DNA from: a virus
Taxonomy: Duplodnaviria; Caudoviricetes
Virus record (IMG/VR): IMGVR_UViG_3300035698_024184
Location: 816 to 64,815 of that record
Reading direction: 5' to 3' (one strand)
Length of the DNA: 64,000 nucleotides
Each line of letters starts with the position of its first letter. Within the stretch, counting starts at the first letter, position 1. This document shows, piece by piece, positions 17,129-27,795 of this stretch. The position numbers and the translations under genes are program-made. The notes beneath the pieces are model-generated. The model made no database searches. It had not been told where the DNA came from and saw only the letters and a program-made list of their open reading frames with translations.

Positions 17129-18827
17129 TGTTTATCTCCTTAGATTGTACCGTAACTACATCTCGTTCTTTTTCAGGGCCTTTATTAAATCCCTTTAAAA
17201 ATTCTCCAATAATACCCTTTCCACCTTTCGCTTTAATTTCAATAGATTCTTTTTCAGATATTAATTCAGTAACTCGTTCAATAAAATCTAACATTCGATT
17301 CATTTCTAAAGATACATCTTTTGAAACTGCTCCACCTTCCATTTTTTCTACTAAAATAGCCCTCATAACTCTTTCATATTGAGCCGATAATAAATTCTGA
17401 ATAATTAAAGGAAAATCTTTCGCATCGGCAATAGGTCTAACAAACTTATAACCACAAGTAGACCCTTTCTTATATCGAGGACAATTAATAGCTATATGAC
17501 ATAAATCACATAATAAAGGCTGTAATAATCTATCATCAATACGATCTAAAACATCTTTATCTATTTTTTGTAAAGCCAAAACATACTTATTTTTTTCAAT
17601 AGCTTCTTGTTCTTGCTCTTCTGTAAACATTGGAGGTTTTAAATCATCTAAATTTTCAGGTGAATTATCCTTAGAATAATCTAACCTAGGTTCAAATTCT
17701 TCTTCATCTTTCTTTATAATCGCTTTATCTTCCACCTTTTCATCTACAAAATTAAACTCCTGTACATACTTTCGTATTTCTTCTGGCATAGGGCTTCTTT
17801 GATTCAACTCTTTAGCTGCCACCTCAGTCATACCAAAATGACCATGCTCACAAGTCCCATATTGAATAAGCTTATCAATTTCTTCTCGATCTTTACCATT
17901 TAACCAATAAGAATTTTTAATACGAAGTTGCATCCAATCAGAAAAATCTTTCCACGCATAAAGACTCATTTTATCCACTTCAACACTATCATCATCCATA
18001 ATTTTATCAAAATTTAAATCTCGACTAATTATATAGTTTTTAAGGTACTTTCTAACTTTCTCCTTAATCTTATGATAATAATATCTCATGCGACCCTGTT
18101 CAAATCGCATTGTAACTCCAAATTTACTACCATCTTTCCAAGTAGTAGAATCCATAGAATAATAATAACTATCCCTAAATATATTTAGATCAGTTACTCC
18201 AAATCCATGAATCAAAATCCCTTCTTCAATACATCGCTCTATAAATTGACGACTCGTTGCACCAGATCCAGATCCACGAATAATATGTAATGAACCAATA
18301 GCAATATAGGGGTAATCATCAAACCAACCCATACTATCCATTAATTCATAACTATAGTCTTGACATACAGGGATGACCAATATACCCATCCCATTCAATC
18401 GCTGACGTTCTTTCTCACGATAGTCCCATCCTAACTCATCTACATCTACCTCTGCCGCTACATCAATCCACGCACGATTCTGAATCAACCACTGATAATA
18501 TGAATCTGCAAACTCCATTATCTCACTTTGTTGTATATCAGGTCTATTTCGTAGGGTATAACCACCCGAATCGACAAAAACAAACTCAAACCGACCAAAA
18601 TCCTCCTGTAAGTCCACAATTGACATATTACGAATTTTAGTTCGTAAATAGTAATATGAAACAAGTATATGCTTTACACCAACAGCATACATCATATCTC
18701 TAATACTTCGATCTTCGGCTCCAGCTAAAAGTATTTTAGGTCCATAATGCCTTTCCCCCAAAGTACGTCCTCTATCCCACTTATCTAATATACTATCAGC
18801 TTTAGAATTTACACGCTCATAATTCAT
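17121..18827 (-). CDS. TGT-fold (DpdA-like) guanine transglycosylase with C-terminal Cys4 domain
   Basis: FVDSGGYT, IHGFGVT and SMDSTTW motifs; CDLC....CP......C; located in the Que cluster. Confidence 0.75.
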   Translation of the reverse strand: MNYERVNSKADSILDKWDRGRTLGERHYGPKILLAGAEDRSIRDMMYAVGVKHILVSYYYLRTKIRNMSIVDLQEDFGRFEFVFVDSGGYTLRNRPDIQQSEIMEFADSYYQWLIQNRAWIDVAAEVDVDELGWDYREKERQRLNGMGILVIPVCQDYSYELMDSMGWFDDYPYIAIGSLHIIRGSGSGATSRQFIERCIEEGILIHGFGVTDLNIFRDSYYYSMDSTTWKDGSKFGVTMRFEQGRMRYYYHKIKEKVRKYLKNYIISRDLNFDKIMDDDSVEVDKMSLYAWKDFSDWMQLRIKNSYWLNGKDREEIDKLIQYGTCEHGHFGMTEVAAKELNQRSPMPEEIRKYVQEFNFVDEKVEDKAIIKKDEEEFEPRLDYSKDNSPENLDDLKPPMFTEEQEQEAIEKNKYVLALQKIDKDVLDRIDDRLLQPLLCDLCHIAINCPRYKKGSTCGYKFVRPIADAKDFPLIIQNLLSAQYERVMRAILVEKMEGGAVSKDVSLEMNRMLDFIERVTELISEKESIEIKAKGGKGIIGEFLKGFNKGPEKERDVVTVQSKEINID

Positions 18828-19882
18828 CTATAATCTCGATGTAAAAAATGTTGTTGACCTACTTTTGAATTTCTCATCCACTCTGCCATACAATGTGTTG
18901 ACCAAAAACAACCCAAACAATATTTAGAAACTGCTTCTTTATGATCTCTAATAAACTTTTTAAACTTTTTATTAACTTCGCTACTTTCGTGTACCCCAGG
19001 ATTTTCAAAATCAAATATCGAATATTTATTTATTAAAGGATGCCAAAAATCATCACAACCACCTAAATACCCATCTGCATCCACAGTTATAGAATCTGGG
19101 TAAGAACACTTCCATTTAAGATTAACATAATCAGGATTTTTCCACATTTCAAACACCTCATCCGTCTGAAACATCATATAATTCTTTGATTTATACATCT
19201 GAATTAACTCATCAGCTACTTTTCCTAAAGCTTTATAATCTTGAAAACAAAGATTTTTAATTTCTGATTTATCTACTGCAAATTCATTCCATTTATTTCT
19301 AGCCCAATGAAGTAGGTCCACCTGTGTCCATATCCCTAATTTAGTTTGTTCTCGAATTATCGTTGGAATCTCTCTAAAATTAAGATTAGTTGCACAAATT
19401 GTACCAGTTACATCTCTTAATCCTAATTCAACAAATTTGCGTAAAATTTTTCTTCCCCACAAAGTTTTTAATCCTATATGAGTACGAAGATTTAACGCAT
19501 AACTATTTGAAAAATCGATACTTGCAGTCCAGCTATCAAGCCCTACTTCCATCATTTTTTCCATCTTTTCAGTTGTTAAACCAATACAATTAGAAAGAAT
19601 ACTAAAACTATGCCTCCTTTTATCATGTCTACTACAGTAACTAATTAGTTCAATTAAATCATCACCTAATAAAAGAGGCTCACCCCCATAAAAAGCAATA
19701 AAAGTAGCCCCTAAATCGAAATAAATTATATCCGTAGCCCTTTTCCATTGCTCTAAAGTAAGTTCTTTCCACTCTCGTCCTAAACGTACAGGAGGTTTCT
19801 TTAAATTACAATAAGAACAATCTAAATTGCATTTTCGAGTTAATAAAACCTCGGCTTTTAATATTTTTTGTTTATTCACCAA
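18824..19882 (-). CDS. Radical SAM enzyme with twitch/SPASM-like C-terminus
   Basis: CNLDCSYC, GGEP, C...ITVDADG...GC...CLGC. Confidence 0.88.
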   Translation of the reverse strand: MVNKQKILKAEVLLTRKCNLDCSYCNLKKPPVRLGREWKELTLEQWKRATDIIYFDLGATFIAFYGGEPLLLGDDLIELISYCSRHDKRRHSFSILSNCIGLTTEKMEKMMEVGLDSWTASIDFSNSYALNLRTHIGLKTLWGRKILRKFVELGLRDVTGTICATNLNFREIPTIIREQTKLGIWTQVDLLHWARNKWNEFAVDKSEIKNLCFQDYKALGKVADELIQMYKSKNYMMFQTDEVFEMWKNPDYVNLKWKCSYPDSITVDADGYLGGCDDFWHPLINKYSIFDFENPGVHESSEVNKKFKKFIRDHKEAVSKYCLGCFWSTHCMAEWMRNSKVGQQHFLHRDYR

Positions 19883-20603
19883 TTAATTGAAACTTTCCTT
19901 TGTCATAAGCTTCTTTTGCCCATAAAATTCTTTTATTACGTTTTTCCGAATAATAATTATTTTGACCTCGTTCCAAATACATATTCCCAACTTTTGTACC
20001 CCACATATCCTCTTCACAAACTTCATAATAACCATTATTTAATAAAGCAATTTGTCTTCGTAAACAAGCGCCACATTTTCCACATGCTCTATCAGTTTCT
20101 CCATCATAACAACTTCTAGTACAACGTATCAATGTTACCATAGATAATCCTTTACTAATATAATAACTAATCATATCAGTTTTATCCATATTATTAAATA
20201 ATGTTCTAAAACTAAACTTTTTATTTGGCATTAGTTTTTGTAAAAGAATTTCTGCTTCTAAATAAAATATTAATTCTCGATCAGGAATTGAATGTTCATC
20301 CTGTTGAGTAATTAATAAAATTGAACCTTCTATTTCTAATACTTGCACCGCCTGCATAAAAAGATACAAATTCCTCATAGGAATATTTCCATCTGCTTCT
20401 TCATATGCTCCTAAATCTAAACGAGAAGCATATTTGAGTCGCATCTCTGGATGTTCTAACTGACATCTTAATAAAGCCTCTATCTCTTTTCCCATATATT
20501 TATGACACAAAGGTACATTAACACACACTGGTTTATCTAAACAATGCCAAGCAATATAAGAATCCATACCACCAGAAAATAATAACAAATCTATATTATT
20601 CAT
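19872..20603 (-). CDS. queC: 7-cyano-7-deazaguanine synthase QueC
   Basis: SGGMDS PP-loop, IPMRN, SCY...CGKC.AC.RR. Confidence 0.9.
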   Translation of the reverse strand: MNNIDLLLFSGGMDSYIAWHCLDKPVCVNVPLCHKYMGKEIEALLRCQLEHPEMRLKYASRLDLGAYEEADGNIPMRNLYLFMQAVQVLEIEGSILLITQQDEHSIPDRELIFYLEAEILLQKLMPNKKFSFRTLFNNMDKTDMISYYISKGLSMVTLIRCTRSCYDGETDRACGKCGACLRRQIALLNNGYYEVCEEDMWGTKVGNMYLERGQNNYYSEKRNKRILWAKEAYDKGKFQLIGE

Positions 20604-20744
20604 CTTTTATAATTTCTTCATCATTTAATTTTCGTGTTACTAACTTTATTTTTCCATTTAAATGAGCTAATATATCTTCTATTCCTTTTTTAACACCTTC
20701 ATATAATTTTTTATCAGAACAATTATTTTTCTTATCTTTTTTCA

Positions 20745-21611
20745 CTAATTAACCCCAATATATTCTAACTGTTTCTCAATAGAAACACCATAGTCTTTTT
20801 CAATTGTTTCTGGTATAGACTTAATAAAATAACCTCTTTTTATAACTTCAGTACCTGGAGAAGTCAAAAAGTGCTCCTTTACCCACTGTTTCTTTGCAAT
20901 ATTCTTTTCATACAAAAATTTCCAAATATCTAATTCACTACGATAACCATTTATTATTCGTCTCCAACCTTTATTTTTAGCATCTCCTGGCCTACTACAT
21001 AAATGTAATAAATGAGTTTCCAAATCAAGTACTCCAGTACATCCTTTTGCAGACATCATTAAAGATGCTAATACATCTTCTCCAATATGATTCCAATCTT
21101 TCCACCAATCAAAATAATTAGCCATTTTCAACGCATCTTTAGTATAGGCACACCCCGACATAGCCACTGCATCAATAGGACAATACCCCTCTCGTATTTT
21201 GTACCAACTGGAATCATTATGAGGATGAATAATACCTGGACTATAAAAGTCATAACCTGCTGAAATAGCATAGTGTATTCTTTCAATAAAATTAGAAGGA
21301 ACTAAAACATCATCATCTAATATTATAATAGCATCACTCTCTTTAGCAATATACTCACACATTGTATAGCGAATTTCTGCATAGCATAAACTTTTAGTAG
21401 TTTTAAATATTATTTCAACTTTTGTACCCCTATTACGATGAGTCTCCAATAAACCTAAAATTACATCGTCTAAACCAACTTTACCTTCTAAACTAACATA
21501 ATCAAAAATTAAAGTTAATCTATTTAATCCAACCTTTTGTTGTAATAAACTACTTAACGGAAACATTAATCGTTCTGATTTATTAGCTGCTAATATAGCT
21601 TGATAATTCAC
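20745..21611 (-). CDS. GT-A fold glycosyltransferase (paralog 3)
   Basis: IILDDDVLVP DxD motif, GED motif. Confidence 0.75.
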   Translation of the reverse strand: MNYQAILAANKSERLMFPLSSLLQQKVGLNRLTLIFDYVSLEGKVGLDDVILGLLETHRNRGTKVEIIFKTTKSLCYAEIRYTMCEYIAKESDAIIILDDDVLVPSNFIERIHYAISAGYDFYSPGIIHPHNDSSWYKIREGYCPIDAVAMSGCAYTKDALKMANYFDWWKDWNHIGEDVLASLMMSAKGCTGVLDLETHLLHLCSRPGDAKNKGWRRIINGYRSELDIWKFLYEKNIAKKQWVKEHFLTSPGTEVIKRGYFIKSIPETIEKDYGVSIEKQLEYIGVN

Positions 21612-22458
21612 AATTTTCTCCTATTAATAAGCTCCGCAAAAATTTCACATCGTATTCCCGATTATACTCTTTACAAATTTGTTCGCCCAAAAATTTCTCT
21701 GAAAAATGTGTTGTATAAAGATTACCTGGATAATGATTTAAATATTGTATAACAGTATCCATATTTGTTAATTTAATAAAAGTTTTTAATACATCTAACT
21801 TCTGTAAAATCCCAAAAGAACTGGCACTAGATGAATCTTTTTCTAAAATTAATTTCATATCAATTAAAGTACAATCCGTACAACATTTTACTATCTTATT
21901 ATTTTTCCACAATAAAAAACTAAATAAAGAATCAATATTTCCTATTAAATCTTGACCTAATTTAGTATAATTTTCGCATAAAAATTTAGCACTATTTTGA
22001 CTATAAAAAACAACCTTATCAGAAAAACTTACTGAATCAAAACACCAATCAGTTTTGTAAATTTTTTGACCAAATTCTGCTACTTTATAATATAATACAT
22101 CAAAAATCATTTGAGATAATCGATAATCAAAAGAAGCTAATATTTCACTATCTAAAATAACATTAGCATCAATATTACAAATCCAAAATGCAGACCCATA
22201 TTTTAAATTTCGCATTCTCATATCATATAAACTTTTCTCTTTCTTTGAAAAAGTTATATGTTCAACATGAATCCCTCTTTTTAATAACATATCTAAAACA
22301 ATATGCAATTCTTTTTTTCCAATAGATATCCCATCTTCAAGAATTACAATACGAGATACATATTTATCTATTAATTTTCTATCCATTACTAAAAAGGTTT
22401 GTAATACACGAACTAAAGAATTTGTTCGATTATTAGTCGAAATTAGAAAATCTATCAT
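21583..22458 (-). CDS. GT-A fold glycosyltransferase (paralog 2, degenerate DxD)
   Basis: IDFLIST.NR, VILEDG, NIDANV. Confidence 0.6.
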   Translation of the reverse strand: MIDFLISTNNRTNSLVRVLQTFLVMDRKLIDKYVSRIVILEDGISIGKKELHIVLDMLLKRGIHVEHITFSKKEKSLYDMRMRNLKYGSAFWICNIDANVILDSEILASFDYRLSQMIFDVLYYKVAEFGQKIYKTDWCFDSVSFSDKVVFYSQNSAKFLCENYTKLGQDLIGNIDSLFSFLLWKNNKIVKCCTDCTLIDMKLILEKDSSSASSFGILQKLDVLKTFIKLTNMDTVIQYLNHYPGNLYTTHFSEKFLGEQICKEYNREYDVKFLRSLLIGENCELSSYISS

Positions 22459-23273
22459 TTACCAAATTCCTCATTAAAATTTAAATCTAATTTCAAACAA
22501 TCTCTTTTAAGAACTTCAATAACATTTTGAAATGGTTTTCCAGGAAAATCACCCATTAATTCCCAAAAGAAATTCTTACCAAATTCACGATAAATAATTT
22601 TCCAAACTTTAATATGATATAAAGGTTCCTGACTATAAATTTTTTGATTATCAGTTGCTAATACTTTACAATTTACAACACATATTGGAATTGCCTTTCC
22701 AATATATCCTTTTTTTATTATTTTTATTCCAAATATAGTATCATCACCCAGAAAAAAATTAAGTAAACCACAATGTGAATAATAATCAACCTCTTCAATT
22801 ACTTCTCGTCTAAGCATTACACAACCACCATAAACATTTTTAGTATTCATAGCTTTTTGTAAACATATCTCTTTTTTTCGTCTATCATCCACTTCATAGT
22901 AATAAACCGGAACAACAAATCCAACTTTTTGCTCTTTTAAAACTTTTATTCCTATTTCTAAAAGATTTGAAGGAATCACCATATCATCATCTACAATTAA
23001 AACATATTGATTTTTTACCTGTCGAAGTAGAACATCTTTTGCCCAACCTCCATGTTTAGTAGGAAATGGATTATATATAATTTTTATATCCACTCCTAAA
23101 TTTCGTAAAACTTCTAAATACCTCTGAAAAAAGGTATTTTTAGCTACTATAGTATCCTTACAACCATCAAAATAGATAATTAAACGATCAAATTTTTGAG
23201 TCTGTACAACCAATCCCGCTAAAACAGTTATAATAACTCCAGGATTATTTGTTGCTATTAAAACATCAATCAT
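22455..23273 (-). CDS. GT-A fold glycosyltransferase (paralog 1)
   Basis: IDVLIAT, IYFDG, IVDDDMVIP, GGCVMLRR, GDD. Confidence 0.82.
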   Translation of the reverse strand: MIDVLIATNNPGVIITVLAGLVVQTQKFDRLIIYFDGCKDTIVAKNTFFQRYLEVLRNLGVDIKIIYNPFPTKHGGWAKDVLLRQVKNQYVLIVDDDMVIPSNLLEIGIKVLKEQKVGFVVPVYYYEVDDRRKKEICLQKAMNTKNVYGGCVMLRREVIEEVDYYSHCGLLNFFLGDDTIFGIKIIKKGYIGKAIPICVVNCKVLATDNQKIYSQEPLYHIKVWKIIYREFGKNFFWELMGDFPGKPFQNVIEVLKRDCLKLDLNFNEEFGK

Positions 23274-23812
23274 TTCTGAATCCCAATTAAATTAAAAAAT
23301 TCTTCTTTATCTATATCCCCATGATAAGCACACGTCATAGTATTAACATTCGGAGCCTTTACTCCTCTTACTGACATACACATATGACAAGCCTCAACTA
23401 CTGCAATTACATTATGCGGCTTTACTACATCATATATATAATCCACAATTTCTTGTGTCAACACTTCTTGTATTTGTGGTTTTTTAGCAAAATAATCAAC
23501 AACTCGAACAATTTTGGATAATCCCACTAATTGTTCATTTGGTAAGTAACCTACATGAGCTACCCCTACAAAAGGAATTAAATGATGTTCACACATCGAT
23601 CTAACTGGAATATTAAATAGAGTAACCAATTGATCGACTTTTTTTTCATTAGGAAACACCTTTAGCACAGGTGGTTCGGTTTTTAAACTAGAAAATATCT
23701 CACTATACATTCTCGCTACTCGTTGTGGCGTTTCTAACAGTCCAGGTCTATTTATGTCTTCACCAATCTCTTGTAGTATAAATCTAACAGCATTTTCAAT
23801 TTTTTTATTCAT
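23270..23812 (-). CDS. folE: GTP cyclohydrolase I
   Basis: RPGL.ETP.RVA, SMCEHHL.PF, GLSK..R, QIQE, HMCM..RG. Confidence 0.96.
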   Translation of the reverse strand: MNKKIENAVRFILQEIGEDINRPGLLETPQRVARMYSEIFSSLKTEPPVLKVFPNEKKVDQLVTLFNIPVRSMCEHHLIPFVGVAHVGYLPNEQLVGLSKIVRVVDYFAKKPQIQEVLTQEIVDYIYDVVKPHNVIAVVEACHMCMSVRGVKAPNVNTMTCAYHGDIDKEEFFNLIGIQK

Positions 23813-23814
23813 TT

Positions 23815-24105
23815 TTAATTAACTATATTAGAATTAGGAACCACAATTTGGGGTGTTTGTACCTGTGCTCGTTTTTGTTTTTGTATAAAATTCATTTGTA
23901 TAGGCATATCTACTAAACTAACTTGTAAATTAGTTAAAATAAAGCCTGTTTCCATTAATGATAATCCCTGTGTAACCACATTATAATTATTTTTAGGTTC
24001 TTTTACTCCAATTAAAAATCCTTCAGCTTCTATTTCCGTTTTTTCACCTTTTGGATCTTCTAATGTAATTTTCCAAATATTATCTTTTTTAACTTCTTCA
24101 CTCAT
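23815..24105 (-). CDS. Hypothetical protein
   Basis: 96 aa ORF. Confidence 0.7.
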   Translation of the reverse strand: MSEEVKKDNIWKITLEDPKGEKTEIEAEGFLIGVKEPKNNYNVVTQGLSLMETGFILTNLQVSLVDMPIQMNFIQKQKRAQVQTPQIVVPNSNIVN

Positions 24106-24776
24106 TAAGCAACTCCCAGTATTTTATGTATTTGTACTTGAACCTGTATATCACAATATTTAACATCTTTTACTATTTCTTCAACAATTCGTTTCCCCAT
24201 CAAAAACTCACCTGAAACATAACATGGAGAAAAAAAACAACTAATTTTACATTCTATCACTTTTTTAAACCAAAGATATAAATTTAAAGCATTCATTAAA
24301 TCATCTTCATCTTTAATTACAAACTTTATACAATCACCATCTTTATACTAACCAGTAATATTTCTAGGTATTTGTCCTTGTAACTCACGATCAATTTTAG
24401 CAGAATTTAATTTAACATCCCAAGAAACACTAATATATTTACGATTTTCTGGTAAAAAATAAAACTCAATTATACTATTAGTTTCAATATTAATTTTACA
24501 ATCAGGAATTTCTCGTATTAATTGTATAACTAACTCTCGTAATTCTTCTAATTGACAACAAGGTTCCCCACCAGTAATACAAATATATTTTGAATTTAAT
24601 TTTTTTACTTTCTTAACTATTTCAGATATAGAAATTAACTCACCATTTTTAAAATCTGTGTCGCAATAGCTACAATTTAAATTACATTTTGAAAAACGAA
24701 CAAAAACTGTAGGAAATCCAGTATATAAACCCTCTCCCTGAATTGATTTAAAAATTTCTTTTATTTCTATTTTCAT
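24105..24776 (-). CDS. queE: 7-carboxy-7-deazaguanine synthase QueE, interrupted by one in-frame TAG at 24348-24350
   Basis: EIF.SIQGEG..G.PTVFVRF..CNL.C.YCDT, ITGGEP; after the TAG the frame continues YKDGDCIKFVI...QIHKILG (QueE C-terminus). Confidence 0.88.
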
Positions 24777-25144
24777 TGTATTATCACTGGATATTGAGCA
24801 AACGCATCTTTTGTTTCCCAAACACGAACTCCACAAACTTCCGATAAAGCTTTTTTCATTACATTATATATCCATACACAAATATTTTCAGCCGTTGGAT
24901 TCTCCATATAATCATTTAAGTATTGATGATCCAATACATTATTTACTAATGTATCCCATATATCAGATACATCATGGAAATCAATTACCATACCCTGTTT
25001 TGCACCTTTAATTTGAATTTTACCCTTTATATAAATCCGAACTTTATAAGAATGCCCATGTATATTTTTACAATGATGCTCAACATGTGGTAAACGATGG
25101 GCCATTTCTAATTCAAAATCTTTCGTAATTAATATTTCACTCAT
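24773..25144 (-). CDS. queD: 6-carboxy-5,6,7,8-tetrahydropterin synthase QueD
   Basis: AHRL...C..IHGHSY, DF, LDH.YLN..NPTAEN, VWET. Confidence 0.95.
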   Translation of the reverse strand: MSEILITKDFELEMAHRLPHVEHHCKNIHGHSYKVRIYIKGKIQIKGAKQGMVIDFHDVSDIWDTLVNNVLDHQYLNDYMENPTAENICVWIYNVMKKALSEVCGVRVWETKDAFAQYPVIIQ

Positions 25145-25607
25145 TATTAAACCTCGAATATTTAAAAATTTTCTTTTGTAATTCAGCTTTTTTAACTAAA
25201 TCTTTTTCATTATTTAATTCATCAACAATAGCAGTTATAACTAAACTAAAAGGCTGTGTTTCAAATTGTACTAAGGTAGTTTTTAAATGAGGATATTCCA
25301 ATTCTTTACAAGCTTTATATAAAGCAACAAAGTCTTCTACAAACATACAAAATATCGGTTTTTTACCAAATTCAGCATGACAAGCAAGCGGAAACTTATC
25401 TTTTTCATATTCCTCCGCTTGAACCAAAGATTTTATTGGATTTGGAGTTTTTGTAGTACTCTTAGTAGCTTTTTTACATTCAATAGCTAAAAATGGATGC
25501 TCCACATCACTAACTGCTTGACCTAATGCCGCACTATGACTTCCATTTAATAATTTCATTACTAATCGTTGTAATCCTTGCCAACATTGTTTTTTAGCAC
25601 TACTCAT
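25137..25607 (-). CDS. PD-(D/E)xK nuclease / Holliday junction resolvase-like
   Basis: SDV.....IECK...QA motif. Confidence 0.55.
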   Translation of the reverse strand: MSSAKKQCWQGLQRLVMKLLNGSHSAALGQAVSDVEHPFLAIECKKATKSTTKTPNPIKSLVQAEEYEKDKFPLACHAEFGKKPIFCMFVEDFVALYKACKELEYPHLKTTLVQFETQPFSLVITAIVDELNNEKDLVKKAELQKKIFKYSRFNNE

Positions 25608-25811
25608 TATTACAATCCTCTAATAATTTGTTATGTACCACCTCATACATAGGAATTATCCCAAGACGCAAACACTGCCTAATAATACTTACTGTCTTTT
25701 AGCTTCTACTGTTTCACAATCAACTAAAATCTCTTCCCAATCTTTAGTATCATTGTATTTATTTACTCTATTAATTCGATCATATAAAGTATTATATGTT
25801 AATTTATCCAT
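25600..25811 (-). pseudogene. Possible small frameshifted ORF (MDKLTYN...EAK / TVSIIRQCLRLG...)
   Basis: Fills the intergenic gap if one A is added to the A4 run near 25700. Confidence 0.4.
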
Positions 25812-26217
25812 TAAGAAGTTCCTTATCTGTAATAAGTATCTTTCCACTATTTAATACAATAGGACGAATAACACCAATACTAATACTTTTTTCTTGAAAT
25901 TCCTTTTGTTCACAATTTGGACATTTAATTGCCTTTTCAGCAAACCAAAATCGTCCACAATTACTACATTTATAATTTTTCTTTCCTTCTAAATTATCAA
26001 CATCAACGAATCCTAAAGAAAAAACACAAACAATTCCTTTACGACTTAATTCAACAGCAGCCCATGAACAGGCTTTTTGAGCTTGATACATAGCACCATG
26101 CCCGACACCTCGAACTACCACTTCTTTACGATCAAAAACAAAAGAAAATATAGCTCTTCCAACTTTTTGAACAGAACTATCATTTTTTACACGAATTTCG
26201 ATTACATCTTCTTTCAT
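25804..26217 (-). CDS. spoVS: SpoVS-family nucleic-acid-binding protein with Zn-ribbon insertion
   Basis: IRV...SS...VG.AI......V..VG.GA..QA.KA; CSNCG...CPNC insertion. Confidence 0.75.
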   Translation of the reverse strand: MKEDVIEIRVKNDSSVQKVGRAIFSFVFDRKEVVVRGVGHGAMYQAQKACSWAAVELSRKGIVCVFSLGFVDVDNLEGKKNYKCSNCGRFWFAEKAIKCPNCEQKEFQEKSISIGVIRPIVLNSGKILITDKELLNG

Positions 26218-26226
26218 AAAAAAACC

Positions 26227-26817
26227 TCAATTATTTAACATTTGAATTTCTAATGAACTACGACGAGTCATTTCTCTTGAAACTGCACTATAAATACGAT
26301 CATAATTATAAAACATCGTTTTCATTATTGTTTTCTTAACTTCTACACCAACTAATTTCGATTGAGTAAGTAGTACTCTTCTATGTTTATTTGCCGCCAC
26401 TTTTTGATTTGTAACGTTACTTTGTAAAGATTTTTCTTCATATATTGCTACATTCAATACATAATCCGCTAATGATTCTGAACAAGTACATTGGGCATCT
26501 AATAAAGCTAATTCTACAGCCGCATAATTACACCAACATGTAGCTTTTGTTGCCAATTGTCCCAATTCTGGAGCAGATAATTTTGTTAAATCCTCCGGCA
26601 TTTTCGGAGTTTCTAAAACAGGTCGCCAATCAATAGTAAACCCTTTTTCACTTAAAACTTTCTTAGCATCAGAAACAGACTTAAAACTTGTTTCAAAATC
26701 ACAATTAGAACAATATGGCCCAACCATTAACTGTCTACATTGTGGACATCTTCCATCTAATAAAGTTTCATAAGTTGGTTCTTTTGATTTTTCAACAATT
26801 TCACTCATTTTAATCAC
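26227..26817 (-). CDS. Zn-ribbon plus helical protein (possible recombination mediator)
   Basis: CPQC..CSNC; C-terminal AVSREMTRR. Confidence 0.55.
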   Translation of the reverse strand: MIKMSEIVEKSKEPTYETLLDGRCPQCRQLMVGPYCSNCDFETSFKSVSDAKKVLSEKGFTIDWRPVLETPKMPEDLTKLSAPELGQLATKATCWCNYAAVELALLDAQCTCSESLADYVLNVAIYEEKSLQSNVTNQKVAANKHRRVLLTQSKLVGVEVKKTIMKTMFYNYDRIYSAVSREMTRRSSLEIQMLNN

Positions 26818-26818
26818 C

Positions 26819-27784
26819 TTATACGATATTTGTTAATATACTATACTCTTCAAAAGAATAGTTTTTATGACAATAATCTATCATAGAACATTTTGAACAA
26901 GTACCTTTTGCCTGCTCTATTGAAGTATTTAAATCTGGTAAAGTTTTGTTCATAATATGTTCACTACCACATACCATAAAATCCATCTGTTGCTTAAACC
27001 TTTTAGCATCAAATGATACATTATGCTCTCTTCGAGCCGCAGTATTTTTATTAAAATATATTATAACCCCATTTTTTACAGGTTCCTTAATATGAGAATG
27101 CCATTGTGATAACCCCATATACATATTTAACTGGTCATAATGTTCGGATTTTGGGCCTACCACAACATTATTAAATCCCCATTCATTAATAGTCTTAAAT
27201 TCTAAAAATACAGGAATATCCAAATTTAATAATCCATCACAATGACCAGAAACTTTTGGAAATTCTAACTTAAAAGGAACTTCTCGATATTCTAAACCAC
27301 CAACAAACTCATTACAATAAACACATCCCATATAATTAGTAGTTTCTTTAACTTCTCGTTTACAACGGGGGCAATTTTTCCAAACTTTAAAACCACAATC
27401 AGGACAACCAGATTTATACATGGGATTCTCTGCCCAAAATTCTTTTTCACAAGAAGGACAAAACCACATTCCCTCTAACAACATACCTCGTGAAAGATTT
27501 TGTTGAACCATATTATGACAACCTGTTCCAATATTAAAAATTGTCATAACCTTAGAATCAAAACGTTTATATTCTACAATATCCCTAGAAATAATTCGCT
27601 CTAAAACTGCCGCTCGAATACAACCCAAAGAAGCCATTTGAGAAGGATGAAAACTTATATCATTTTCTTTTGGTTCTTGTTGAGCCGAAACCAATAAATC
27701 ATTATAATAAGACAAAAACCTTATTTTTTGAGCTTGTTGTACCTGTTCCTCTGTTTTACCAGCCAAACGATCATTTAACTTCAT
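26819..27784 (-). CDS. Cas4-like PD-(D/E)xK exonuclease with Zn-ribbon inserts
   Basis: HPS..C.R, G...H, GHCDG, LEFKT, QLNMYM, C-terminal CxxC....C. Confidence 0.8.
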   Translation of the reverse strand: MKLNDRLAGKTEEQVQQAQKIRFLSYYNDLLVSAQQEPKENDISFHPSQMASLGCIRAAVLERIISRDIVEYKRFDSKVMTIFNIGTGCHNMVQQNLSRGMLLEGMWFCPSCEKEFWAENPMYKSGCPDCGFKVWKNCPRCKREVKETTNYMGCVYCNEFVGGLEYREVPFKLEFPKVSGHCDGLLNLDIPVFLEFKTINEWGFNNVVVGPKSEHYDQLNMYMGLSQWHSHIKEPVKNGVIIYFNKNTAARREHNVSFDAKRFKQQMDFMVCGSEHIMNKTLPDLNTSIEQAKGTCSKCSMIDYCHKNYSFEEYSILTNIV

Positions 27785-27795
27785 TATAAACTCCT

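Noticed and set aside
26819-27784. Cas4-like gene as evidence of a CRISPR system
   Set aside because: Solo Cas4-like exonucleases are routine in phage recombination modules; no cas1/cas2 or array is present.
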